Source: Octopus sinensis (taxonomy: Eukaryota). From it: 64,000 bases of DNA. Made by a program: the position numbers and the translations under genes. Numbering within the stretch: position 1 is the first letter of the stretch; each line of letters begins with the position of its first letter. Shown here piece by piece: positions 23,851-36,764 of this stretch. The notes under the pieces were generated by a model that worked only from the letters and a program-made list of their open reading frames with translations, did not search any database and was not told the origin of the DNA. The DNA is taken from positions 40,002,464-40,066,463 of the forward strand of contig NC_043011.1 in NCBI RefSeq assembly GCF_006345805.1, in the 5' to 3' direction.

Positions 23851-24330
23851 GATGTTATTAAAATTGATTTAGTCCACTCTGCTGAGTGGTTGGTGTTAGG
23901 AAGGGCATCCAGCTGTAAAAATCCTGCCAAAACAGTCACAGAAGTCTGGTGCAGGCTTCTGCCTGGCCGGCACTTGTGAAACCATCCCACCCAAGCTACC
24001 ATGGAAGGCGGACATTAAATGATGTTGATGATGATGATGACTGAGGTGGAGAGCTGGCAGAATTGTTAGCAGGTCAGGCGAAACGCTTAGCAGCAGTTCA
24101 TCTGTCTTTATGTTTTGAGTTCAAATTCTGCTAAGGAACTTTGCCTTTCATCTTTTTGGGGTTGATAAGGTAAGTACTAGTTGTGCACTGGGTTTGATGT
24201 AATTGATTTATCCCCTCCCATCTAAGTTGCTGGCCTTGAGCCAAAATTTGAAATCAATATTTATATTTAAGGAAGCAAACTGGCAGATTTGTTAGCATGC
24301 TGGGCAAAAATGTTAAGTGGCATTTCCTTC

Positions 24331-24655
24331 GTGTGTGTGTGTCACCACTATTCAAGGGAATTCTGCTGACTCCTGTTTTCTCAGCTCATTCCATTCTTAC
24401 TTCATGATTGAGCTGTGAACAATACAAGGAGTAGTTAAATATTGAAAAACAATGAGGTGGTCTAATATAAAGCAAATTTACAAATTTGCACAGTGAGACA
24501 ACCCTTTCCTTCATCTGTGTTCAAAGTCTACCAAGGTTTTTCAATATTTAACTGCTCCTTGTATTGTTGATGTCTCAACCCTGAAGTAAGAATGGAACAA
24601 GCTGAGAAAACAGGAGTCAGTAGAATGCCCTTGAATAGTGGTGACACACACACAC
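24331..24655. repeat. Foldback element with ~120-bp arms and 85-nt spacer
   Basis: gtgtgtcaccactattcaaggg...gaaaaac versus gtttttc...cccttgaatagtggtgacacac. Confidence 0.85.
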
Positions 24656-26132
24656 AAAGCAACTCAAATAGGGTTTTAAATGGAGAGGGAAGTCCAGTGT
24701 CTAATAAGTTTTGTAGGGTCCCTTAGATTTGTAAGAATGATGAGGACATATCTGTCTGTCTGTCTATCTATCGCCTTACACACATTATTCTTACATAATT
24801 ATAACATTATGTGTAGGTAATGTTATAATTGTGGTATAACTTTCAGCTCTCTAAATTCTGAGTTCATATCCCACCTTTCTGGAGAAAGCAACAGAAAATC
24901 AATTCAATATCCTATGTCTAGTCATGGCTGCCAAAGTTCCAGTAATCTATTCAGCCGTGGCAAGGGAGGGTATGGGCCCTCCCAGATTGTGTAATTAGTG
25001 TTGGAGAAGGTCCACATGCATAGGACCTACCGAAGACTAGACCAGACCAATATTTTGATATATTCCACTCAGATAATAATTCGTAAGATGCATGTAAAAA
25101 TGAGATTTTAAACCATAATCAGTTTGTTCATTTTCAATATGCAGTGTCTTTAACATTGTCTCACACCAGTGAAACACATGTATAATGAACATACATCGTC
25201 TAAGACCCTCATAGCCATTCAGTATTTAAAACAGTCCTATTATATTTTTGATACTCCATTACTATAAGGAATTGTTTCAAGCGATGAGCTGGCAGAATCA
25301 TTAGCACACTGAGTGAAATGCTGAGCATTTCGTCTGCCTTTTCGTCCTGAGTTTGAATTCTGCCAGGGTCGACTTTGCCATTCATCCTTTCGGGGTCAAT
25401 AAAATATATACCAGTTGAGCACTGGGATTGATGTAATTGACTTAGCCCCTCCCCAAAACCTGCTGACCACTGGCCAAAATTGAAACCATTATTTTAAGGA
25501 CTTGCATAAAAAATTTTTAAAAAATATTTTGTGTATTGTAATCATTTGATTGCAGATAAATTTTAACAATAGAACCTTATATGGAGCCTGGTTGAGAACT
25601 CACATATTTAAATAGAGGAAATTTTTTCCAATGACGAAAGACAACAAAAATCATATCTTCGTATTTGATTCTGCCAGGACATACTCAGAATGAATGGATA
25701 TGTTTTTGTTTTCCAGTTATTGTTATCCTGTGTGCACCTACTCTTTACTTGTTTCAGTCATTTGACTGTGGCCATGTTGGAGCACCACCTTTAGTCGAGG
25801 AAATCGACCCCAGGACTTATTCTCTCGGTCTCTTTTGTCGAACCGCTAAATTATGGGGATGTAAACACACCAGCATCAGTTGTCAAGTGATGTGGGGGGG
25901 GGGGACACAGACACACAAACATACATATATATACGACAGACTTCTTTCAGTTTCCGTCTACCAAATCCACTCACAGGGCTTTGGTTGGCCCGAGGCTATA
26001 GTAGAAGACACTTGCCCAAGGCGCCATGTAGTGGGACTGAACCCGGAACCATGAGGTTGGTAAGCAAGCTATTTACCACACAGCCGCTCCTACGCCTAAT
26101 TAAGTTTTGTTATATATATTTTTTCTTTGTAG

Positions 26133-26227
26133 ATAATTGAAATGACAGGCTACAGTATAGAGGATGGTGCAGACTTCCAGTTGTTTGCCATTTTAGCTGC
26201 TTTATCAAACCGTATAACATCTCTCGA
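26133..26227 (+). CDS. Exon of EF-hand-like domain (IIEMTGYSIEDGADFQLFAILAALSNRITSL)
   Basis: tttgtag acceptor, gtaagt donor, phase 0/2. Confidence 0.85.
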
Positions 26228-26664
26228 GTAAGTAGACACATATATATTTGGAAGTATGTGTGCACATACTTTTCTCACCACATATGTATTTCTTAAGAGC
26301 GTGGTTCCATTTATCAACCCGTTAAACTTCTTTCATTATCATCGTCATCCTTTTAATACCAATCTTCCATGCTGGCATTGAGTCGTGCTGCAGTATTTGC
26401 TTACAGGATATAAGGGAGATAACTTTCTAAAGGGACATAACTCAATGCATAAACATGATCATTAGAGAAATGAAAAGAGATCGAATATGTATCTAACTAT
26501 TAAGGTTGAAATAATTGATTAGAACTCATAGCAGCAATGCCCAAGCATGGTCACGCACTAATGACCACTAAAAGAATAATTGAATACAGAATTCATTGCC
26601 TTTTGAGATTCAGATCTCTTTTTCTTTGTTTCGTAACAGAATTTTGAATAACATCACCTTAATT

Positions 26665-27055
26665 ACTCTTTTACTTGTTTCAGTCATTTGACTGTGGCCA
26701 TGCTGGAGCACCGCCTTTAGTAGAGGAAATCGACCCCAGGACTTATTCTTAGTAAGCCTAGTACTTATTCTCTCGGTCTTTTTTGCCGAACCGCTAAGTT
26801 ACGGGGACGTAAACACACCAGCATCGGCTGTCAAGCGATGTTGGGGGTGGTGGTGGACAAACTCAGACACACACGCACACATATATATACGACGGGCTTC
26901 TTTCAGTTTCCGTCTACCAAATCCACTCACAAGGCTTTGGTCGGCCCAAGGCTATAGTAGAAGACACTTGCCCAAGGTGCCACACAGTGCGACTGAACCC
27001 GGAACCATGTGGTTGGTAAGCAAGCTACTTACCACACAACCGCTCCTGCACCTGT
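26665..27055 (-). mobile_element. SINE family A, full length, young (CpGs intact)
   Basis: Complete match to family body; another copy at 25740-26100. Confidence 0.88.
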
Positions 27056-27348
27056 AATTGTATCCATATCTTATAAGAATGGGTCAATATCCTTTGATGG
27101 TGAAACGTCAGTACAAGGTTTTCTCCAGAAATAATATTTAGAAAATCCTCAGTATCGCTGTTTTTGACCTTTGACCAGCAAACTGAACATAGATCACATG
27201 TAGTTTACATAAATTCATGATGTGCTGGAACCATGTAGCGTTGAAATGATTATAATGAAGAAAATCATGTCATACAATTACCTTCATTGTTGGTCTTGCT
27301 GGACATAATTCAACCATTTCTAATGGTTTATTTATTTATTCGATTTAG

Positions 27349-27418
27349 TGATTGGATGAAGAACATTGTGGACCGTTTTGATTACCAGTTACTAGATATG
27401 AAGACATTTAAGTGCAAG
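27349..27418 (+). CDS. Exon (DDWMKNIVDRFDYQLLDMKTFKCK)
   Basis: atttag acceptor, gtaaac donor, phase 2/0. Confidence 0.82.
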
Positions 27419-27474
27419 GTAAACTAGGATATCATTTTATTATTGTTCACATCATTGTTTTTAATGTCATCATT

Positions 27475-27970
27475 TTAACCCTTTCGATACCAACCCGGCT
27501 GAAACTGCCTCTGACTCTGTAGTACAAATGTCTTGTTTTTATAAATTTTGAATTAAAATCTTCCACCAAACCTTAGTCACAATTTATGTTCCTCACACTG
27601 GTTTAATGATAGCAAAGTTAGCTGCATGATAACTAAGTTATTTTACTAAATTCTTCGTTATATTTAAAATAAATTGAAAGAAACACAGAGCATCTCAACA
27701 GAAATATGGTAATGAAAGATTTAAAATATATAATAGAGAAACAATTCTTAACCCTTTTGATACCAATCTGGCTGAAAGTGCCTCTGTAGTAAAAAATGCC
27801 TTGTTTTCAGAAGTTTTGAATTAAAATCTTCCCTTCCACCAAACTTTAGTCATAATTTATGTTCCTAACACTGGTTTAATAAGTTATTTTATAAAATTCT
27901 TTGTTATATTTAAAATTAATTGAAAGACACACAGAGCATCTCAAAATAAGTATGGTAACGAAAGGGTTAA
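27475..27970. mobile_element. Two tandem TTAA/CCCTTT MITEs (piggyBac-like)
   Basis: 27475-27724 and 27748-27970, each ttaaccctt...aaagggttaa-like; third copy at 49634-49838. Confidence 0.8.
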
Positions 27971-28714
27971 TGGTTGCATGGGTCAGATGGAATTTATTGA
28001 GGCAAATTTTCTAAGGCCAACTGCCCTTCTTATCACCTGTTTCCGAACAAGGTCTCTCTGTTTTAAGGTGGTGAACTGGCAGAATCTTTAGCATGCTGGG
28101 CAAAATGCTTAACAGCATTTCATCTGTCTTTAAGTTCTAAGTTCAAATTCTACCAAGGTTGACTTTGCCTTTCATCCTTTTGGGACCAATAAAAAATGTA
28201 GCAGTTGAACACTGGGGTTAATCTTATCAACCTATACCCTTCTTTAAAAATTGCTGGCATTGTGTCAAAATTTGAAAACCAGTGTTTCTGCTCTTCACAG
28301 ACAAGGAGACACCTCCTCATACAGATGTATTGATATATGAAGGGCTTCTTTCAGTTTCCATATGCCAAATGTACTTACAAGGCTTTGGTTCCTCAAGGTT
28401 ATAGTAAGAAACCTTTATTCAAAGTGTCCTCTTTTGGGACTGAATCTGAAACCGCAGTGGGAAGTGAACTTACACCCTACAACTGCACTTGCAGCTGTTG
28501 ATGTTTCAAATATTGATTAGAACAGTGGATTGATTAGAGCATCAGAAAAAATGCTTTGTGATATTTCATTTGGCTCTTTATGTTTTGAATTCAACTTTTG
28601 TCTTTAATCTTTTGGGGGTCAATAAATAAATACCAGTCAAGTTCTAGGGTTGATGGTATCAACTGACACTAAACCTTTTCCCTAAAAATTGCTGGCCTTG
28701 TGTATAAATCAGTA

Positions 28715-29395
28715 TTATTTCCAAATATTCTTTTCTACTCTAGGCACAAGGCCTGAAATTCTAGGCCAGTTGATTATCGACCCCAGTATGCAACTGGTAC
28801 TTTATTTACCCCGAAAGGATGAAAGGCAAAGTCGACCTCAGCAGAATTTGAACTCAGAACATAAAGACAGATGAAATACTGCTAAGCATTTCATCAGGGG
28901 TGCTAACGTTTCTGTCAGCTCGATGCCTTCTTATTTCCAAATACTCTTTTCTACTCTAGGCACAAGACCCAAAATTTGGGGGGAGTGAGGGCAGTCAATT
29001 ATATCAGCCCCAGTACACAAGTGGTACTTAATTTGTTGATCCCAAAGGATGAAAGGCTAAGTTGACCTCGGCAGAATTTGAACTCAGCACATACTGGCAG
29101 ACAAAATACTGCTAAACATTTCGCCTGGTGTGCTCGCATTTCTGCCAGCTTGCCACCTTATTTTCAAATACTCTTTTCTACTCTAGGCACAAGGCCCAAA
29201 ATATTTGGGGAGGGGGGCAGTCGATTAGATCGACACCAGTATGCAACTGGTACTTAATTTATCGACCCTGAAAGGATGAAAGGCAAAGTCGACCTTGGCG
29301 GAATTCGAACTCTGAACAAAGACAGATGAAATACTGCTAAGCATTTTGTCCAGTGTGCTAACGTTTTTGCCAGCTCACCACCTTATTTCCAAATA
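28715..29395 (-). mobile_element. Head-to-tail trimer of SINE family C
   Basis: Three ~205-bp copies separated and flanked by ttattt(c/t)caaata at 28715, 28931, 29158 and 29383. Confidence 0.85.
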
Positions 29396-29894
29396 TTGAG
29401 ACAGTGACGAAACAAGAAGGGAAGATTGGAGGTGGTATGCCAGTAATTAACACCATGGTAGCAGAAGCCATTGTAGAGGATGGTAGCGAAGAAACATCAT
29501 ATCTGTGGAGTGTTTGAGTGAATAAGTCTTTGTCAGTCAATGGGATGGCTTAACCTTGGATGTGATCGAGGATATTTCAATGTATAGCAGTTGAGTTATC
29601 CCCAAACATAAGTGCTGTATACTATTATGTGTCTGTTTTGAGTTTTGCAAATAACACAAGTAGTAGAGGTTATAGTAAGCCACGATTAGATGCTGGAAAG
29701 GTGATGTCAGAGTAGAGGCAACAGTGTCAGTATGATGTATTTTAATGAGAATGTCAGAGTAGAAGATATTAAGTATGACAGGTCTAAATGTTGTGTCAGA
29801 ATAGAAGTAGGATGTTAGTATGATATGTTGTGAATGTCATAGCGTGCCACCTCAATAAAAACAATGAAATATCTAATCATTTAATTTTTTGCAG

Positions 29895-30125
29895 ACGTTA
29901 TGGGAGTGTAACGTTGATCCAGACACACACAAGATATCTCTCGACCAACTTTGCGTGGATTTAAAGGCAGGTGGAGTCAGTTTGTCTCATGAAGAGGAAG
30001 TCCGCTCAAAACTGCAGCATCTGAATGCACTGGACCTTCTGGATTTTTTGACTTATGTCCCTTTGTTTATAATGGTTCATAATTCGGTAGTGGACAACCC
30101 ACTAGACTCCACATGGGGCAGCTGA
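29895..30125 (+). CDS. Terminal coding exon (TLWECNVDPDTHKISLDQLCVDLKAGG...LDLLDFLTYVPLFIMVHNSVVDNPLDSTWGS*)
   Basis: ttttgcag acceptor, phase 0, TGA at 30123-30125; the 12 core exons sum to 1800 nt in one frame. Confidence 0.88.
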   Translation, partial: TLWECNVDPDTHKISLDQLCVDLKAGGVSLSHEEEVRSKLQHLNALDLLDFLTYVPLFIMVHNSVVDNPLDSTWGS

Positions 30126-30807
30126 TGTAATGACCAAATTGGTAAGGATTTATTTAAAAGGTTGTGGTTTCTCTTATCAGGCTCTTCTAGCATCAGATGA
30201 TTTTTATCACTTGGCATCTATAAAATTGACTGCATTTGTCTAACTGAAAACTACCACTACATCTGTCCTCACTTATCACAGAAGTACCATCATCATTTAA
30301 CATCCATTTACCATGCTGGCTTGGGTTGGATGGTTTGGCAGGAGCTGCACCTGGTTCCATAGTCTGTTTTGGCTTGGTTTCTATGGCTGGATGCCCTTCC
30401 TAACACCAACTCCTTTACAGAGTGTGTCCGGAGCTTTTTACATAGCGATAAACAAGTCATCTCCACACACTTGGTAAATGGAACGCGATAGATTCATCGA
30501 CATCAAACTCACAGGCATGCCTTTAATCACAAGATTGTTTAATAAGGATTGGCCTAGGGCTAAATATTATAGCAAAATGAATAAATGACAACCAGAAAAT
30601 ACGTGTAACAATGTTGTTTTTTTAAATTTATGATATCCAATTTGTGTGATGAAAAATAATGATTTCTTTTAATAATAATAATCATAAAAATAATAATAAA
30701 AATGACAGCTTGATGATGGATCATTAAATAAACAATTACAAAAAAAATACGCTCCCCGCCAAATGATGCTATTTCTTTAAGTTCAGAGTTTTGAAATTTT
30801 TTGGTTT

Positions 30808-30985
30808 TTAGTCCCAGAACTTGATGATGCCATCCCAGCCAGCTGTTGCAACTTTGGAGGTCTCATGTGGGTGCCACAAAGTAGCCACACAAACGTCATC
30901 GTGGGCCTTGAACTGGCAGTAGAGTTTCGTCGTTTTCCAGTCCCAGATGTAAAGTTTGCCGTCAGCATCTCCACATATGATGTAG
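30808..30985 (-). CDS. CDC40: CDC40/PRP17 last exon (YIICGDADGKLYIWDWKTTKLY...HPHETSKVATAGWDGIIKFWD*)
   Basis: Recognisable C-terminal WD40 repeat of PRP17; ttcag acceptor, TAA stop. Confidence 0.97.
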
Positions 30986-32729
30986 CTGAAGAAAGAAAGA
31001 AAGGAAAAAATAAACAAATCAGTTAATTAGTAATTAACAGCATAGTATGGTTGTGATGGTGGCAGAGATATGAACTATACAGGTGCAGGTACGGCTGCCA
31101 GGGTAAGAAGCTTGCTTCCTAATGGTAGGGTTCCAGGTTGTCACATTGGGCAAGGGCCTTTTACTATAGACTCGATTCAACCAAAGTCTTGTGAATGGAT
31201 TGGGTAGACAGAAACTGAAAGAAGCCCATCGTGTGTGCCCCTCCCCACCACTGCTTGACAACCAGTGTTGGTGTTTTTATGTCTCCATTTTTCGCGGGGT
31301 GCCACTTCTTTCTTTCTTTCTTTCTTTCTTCCCTCCCTCCTCTCCCCCTCTTTTACATTGTCTGTCTTCCTCTTCCTATTTCTTTCCATCGCTAGGTATT
31401 TTAAAGCTAGCCCCATAAGTAACCTGCCTCATTCTTGATTTCAAATTCCTTCTGTTGAGTCAGTCCGAAAAAGAAATGAGTCCCAGATAAGAAACCTTTA
31501 GCATCAGTACCAGGCTTTAAAAAAAAATATTTTGGGATTGACTGATTCAACTAAATTCAAGGCAGTACCCCAGCATGGCTGCAGTCTAATGACAGACAAC
31601 ATATAATGCAATAAAGATTATTTATATTTAAAAAAAAATTTTCTTTTTATTTTATCTAGTTTTGACCCCATGACTTATTCTTTGTAAGCCAAGTAATTAT
31701 TCTATCAGTCTCTTTTGCCAAATCGCTAAGTTACGGGGACGTAAACACACCAGCATCGGTTGTCAAGCAATGGTGGTGGTGGACACACACACATATATAC
31801 AATGGGCCCCTTTCAGTTTCCGTCTACTAAATCCACTCACAAGGCTTTGGTTGTCTTGAGTCCATAGTAAAAGACAGTTGCCCAAGGTGCCATGCAGTGG
31901 GACTGAACCCAGAACCATGTGGTTGGTAAGCAAGCTACATATCAGACAGTCACTCCTAAAAAAAAATAAAAGAGATCTTGACAAATTAACTGAGAAGCAT
32001 TTCCATGTATATTAAGGGAACAGGTTACTTCAAAGGAATACAGAAATATTCAGGAGATTCAACCGGTCAGTATAGCAGTCCATACAAAGCTAAACAGTTG
32101 TGTAATGATCACAGGCATCCTCTATAATTGATATGTGTATCAATGAGATAAGATCTACATATTATGCAGTGAATCGTTTAGTAAATGAAAAAGAATGGGC
32201 AGCTCAAAGTATCACTACACACGTTTCGACAGCATGGCTATTTGCTTAACAATGCATAAAACTGGCACTCCATTGGTTATGATGAGTGTTGCAGTTGATG
32301 TGATTAAGGAAACAGCTTGCTCATGAAATTAACGAGCAAAAGGCTGAGCACTCCACAGACACGTGTACCTTTAATGTAGTTCTCAGGGAGGTTCAGCATG
32401 ACACAGAATGTGACAACGCTGGCCTTTTGATACACAGTTACAATTCATCTTTGCCAGCTGTGTGGACTGGAGCTAAGTGAAATAAAGTGTCTTGCTCAAG
32501 AGACAATGCACCACTGGGAATTGAACACATGAACTGTTGTGTAGATGCCCCCAGACGATGAAGTAGGCTAGCCCAATACGTAGATATAGAGGGAGAAGCC
32601 TAGACATCAGGAGAGTCGAGCAGAGTAGCGGTGAAAGTTGAATAGAAGGCATCCGAACGTGCGACATAACATGAACTGACAATCACAAGCTAAATATCTT
32701 AACCACTTAGCCACACACCTTCACTAATT

Positions 32730-33091
32730 TCTATATATATAAACGGCAAAATGTCTGCGTGTGTGTCCGTTATACAAATCAACAATCGTTCAGTTAGAGC
32801 ACTCGCACTTTCTATGGTCATTCAAAACCGTCCAAGGGTGGTCGTGCACATCTTTACATTTCCCCAGTCACCCTGCAAAGCCATTAAAAAATCAATAGAA
32901 GTGACTTTTTTGTGAATTTTCTATCCAAAACCCAATCAAAATGCCCGAAACTTGATACGCCAATGGAATGCCAGCTAGCTGTATGTGATTGATCGGAGAT
33001 TTGGACAGTACTCGCGTGTATGTGCGCACGCACACAGCTGTATATGCATGCACTAGCACTATGACCTGGCAATGCCGGATCACAGTGCTAG
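32730..33091 (+). mobile_element. Non-autonomous Helitron
   Basis: 5' TCTATATATATAAA, subterminal hairpin cctggcaatgccgg, 3' CTAG followed by T. Confidence 0.7.
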
Positions 33092-33349
33092 TAATGCATA
33101 AAACATTCATACTTCATGCCTGCCTACACCATTATCGTGGGTGTTCATACTGCATGCTTGCACCATTTCGTGAGCATTCGTAGTGCAATTAGATGCAGGT
33201 GTACAACTCTTCTTCAGAGGAACACCTGACTACATTTTGTTTACACAGATTCAATAACTCGGATGAATACAGGAGTAACCACACCCCAGTCAACCAGATG
33301 GGGATACTCAACACAGCTCTCCATTCACCCCTAACGGTCATACATCTAA

Positions 33350-34665
33350 CTATACATGTGGGATACACTATTTCTTTTGTTTCACTAATTGGTCTGTGGC
33401 CATGCAGGAGCACCCCCTTGAAGGGTTCAGTTGAACAAATTGAACTCCTGTACTTATTTTAAGCCTGCTCTTTTACTTGTTACAGTCATTTGACTGTGGC
33501 CATGCTGGAGCACCACCTTTAGTCGAGCAAATCGACCCCAGGACCTATTCTTTGTAAGCCTAGTACTTATTCTATCGGTCCCTTTTGCCGAACCACTAAG
33601 TTACGGGGACGTAAACACACCAGCATCGGTTGTCAAACGCACAAACATATACAAACACATACATATATACGACGGGCTTCTTTCAGTTTCCGTCTACCAA
33701 ATCCACTCACAAGGATTTGGTCAGCCCGAGGCTATAGTAGAAGACACTTGCCCAAGGTGGCATGCAGTGGGACTGAACCTGGAACCATGTGGTTGGTTAG
33801 CAAGCTACTTAACACACAGCCGCACCTATGCCTATGCCTGCTACTTATTCTATTATCTTAACCAGTTAAGTTATAGTGGGATGTAAACAAACCAACACCA
33901 GTTGTCATGGGTTGATAGGGGACAAACAAAAAGGCACATGCATGCACAGTCACAAATAAACAAACACATACATGGCAGGCTTCTTTCAGTTTCCATCTAC
34001 CAAATCCACTCACATGGCTATGCTTGACCTTGGGCTATTGTAGAAGACACTTGCCCAAGGTGGGACTGAACTGAGAACCATGTGGTTCAAAAGGAAACTT
34101 CTCACTACAGAGACACACCTATGCTTAGATTAAACTTTTTTAAATGAACGCTTGCAGCACACCTAGATACCTCTTGCTGGGGACTCTTGGTGAACGACTA
34201 CTCTAGATTGTAGTCATTCAGGTTATTATAGGTGTGATTTCTTAGAATATATATATATATATATATATATATACTCTTTTACTTGTTTCAGTCATTTGAC
34301 TGTGGCCATGCTGGAGCACCGCCTTTAGTCGAGCAAATCGACCCCGGGACTTATTCTTTGTAAGCCCAGTACTTATTCTATCGGTCTCTTTTGCCGAACC
34401 GCTAAGTGACGGGGACATAAACACACGAGCATCGGTTGTCAAGCAATGCTAGGGGGACAAACACTGACACGCAAACACACACATACATACATACATATAT
34501 ACGACAGGCTTCTTTCAGTTTCCGCCTACCAAATCCACTCACAAGGCATTGGTCGGCCCGGGGCTATAGCAGAAGACACTTGCCCAAGGTGCCACGCAGT
34601 GGGACTGAACCCGGAACCATGTGGTTGGTTAGCAAGCTACTTACCACACAGCCACTCCTGCACTT
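33350..34665 (-). mobile_element. Cluster of three to four SINE A copies
   Basis: Copies at about 33350-33830, 33850-34130 and 34270-34665. Confidence 0.85.
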
Positions 34666-34787
34666 ATATATATATATAATTTTTCATGTTTGTTGCACTC
34701 ACATGTCTTTGCCATGTAGTGAAGCTTTACTATAGCATCATAAATGTACTGACTGCTATTTCCAGTAAATATTGGTGACTTGTACCA

Positions 34788-34822
<35 letters not shown>

Positions 34823-36019
34823 CAAAACATAAGAAAATTCTTTTTTAATGTATTTAGAATGTTTTGGAGATCCACACAAAAATCTTATTTAACTGGTTTA
34901 TTGTTGTCTGACTTCTAACAAAAAGTGTTTTGTCGCTTGGTTACAGATAGGCAGATCACTCTATTGAAAATTCTTCATAGTGATAACGTATGCCCAAACA
35001 CACACACGGAGTAACAATTTACAAACACATGTCAACTTATCTGATAATCATACATATACTGCATATACACACACACACAGACATAGTTATAAAAGAAAAA
35101 ATAGAAGTTATATATATTTGCGTGAGTGTGTGTACATACATATATATATGTTTTTTTCCTAAACATCCCTACACAAACACACACAATTAGATTCACATAC
35201 TGTTTATATCCATGCATACAGAACTGGTTAAGTAGACACCCACACAAAGACAAATACATATTGTGTGTATACAGAAGACTAGCATATACTTACAAACAGA
35301 TCTAGTTACACACACACACAAAACTTGTTAAGCATGTACATATACATCACACACACACATATATATATACATATATATATACATACACATTACAGATAAA
35401 GGGTGAAATATAATTAATTTAATAAAATCAACAAATTTCACCTAGTAGTATATTCGGTATGGAAAAGGACCATATTCAATAAAAGTTTATATAATTATAA
35501 CAATAAGGGTCTTTGCAACAAGTTGCTTGACCACATACCGAAAATTTTAGAAATATATATATATATATGAACCAGGCCTATAGAGTTATTTTATGTATTT
35601 GTATAACTTCTGTTTGTAAGGTTGTGATGTTTTGTATTGGAGAAAGTTTCAGTCATAGATTGGTAGGTGGGACAAGCAACGACAAGATGAGAGCTTGCAA
35701 AATTACATATATGTAGTCCCCCAAACCCTACAAAATACACGGTTGTCAAGGCTGAAAAGCCTTTAGACACAAGGCTGCTTGATCAGGGTTGAACTGGTGA
35801 TAAAACTACAGGAAAATCACAATCACTCAAGCAGTTAGAGATAACAGCCTAAACTCCTTCAAATCCCAATCTAACACCTTCAGTAAAGAACAATAAATAC
35901 GTTGACAATGTAGCTCATGGTATACTTGAAAAGATGGGATAGTCATATCTGGAATGCTTTTGATTTTAAGTCTACTCAATTAAGGCTGATCTAGATTGGA
36001 CAACAACATCATCATCATT

Positions 36020-36345
36020 GTTTAATATTCGGTGTCCATGATTCAGCTATAAGAAGGTCATCAGTATAGAGGAGCTCCCAGGGGCAGCCTGTCTTAAATT
36101 CCTCTGTCATTGCCTGCAGGATTATTGTGGGCAAGAGGGGGCTGAGAACTGATCTGTGATGAACTCTTACTAGTGCCCTGAATTCTTTGCTGTACTTGTT
36201 GCCAATCCTCACCTTACTGATAGCATCCCTGTACATGACTTGTACTGCCTTCACCAACCACTTGCCTATCCCTAGCTCCCGAATTGACCACTAGATAAGG
36301 GATCTCCTATGACATCATAATTTTCTCTCACACACTGTCCTGCAA
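36020..36345 (-). mobile_element. RTE reverse transcriptase core fragment
   Basis: WLVKAVQVMY...GVHQGS-like RVHHRSVLSPLL...CPWELLYTDDL (YADD-like). Confidence 0.8.
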
Positions 36346-36713
36346 TTTGAAACATTTCAAGCTTTTGGTCCTCATGTTGCTGAACAGAGGCAAACTACTT
36401 TCCTGCTTTTATTATTATTGTTAAGCTGCAGGCAATGGATGAACAGAACTGTCAGAGCACTGGACAAAACGCCATGCAGTATTTTTTCTAGCTTTCTACA
36501 TTCTGAGTTCAAATCCTGTCAACTTTGTCTTCCTTCCCTCTGGGGTCAACAAAATAAAAGACCAGTCAAGTACTGGAGTTGCTATAAGACTATTCTTTAC
36601 CCACAAATTTCTGGTCTTGTGCTTCATATACAAAAGAAGAAAAAGGGATAAAGTTTCTTTCTTTGTCACATAGAACCATGGGGCCACTTATTCCTCACAC
36701 AGAATGAATAATC

Positions 36714-36764
36714 AAAATGAATAATCCTGTGACAGACTCAGTCTGTCACAGGATTATTCATTTT
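36714..36764. repeat. Perfect 25-bp inverted repeat with 1-nt loop
   Basis: aaaatgaataatcctgtgacagact-c-agtctgtcacaggattattcatttt. Confidence 0.95.
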
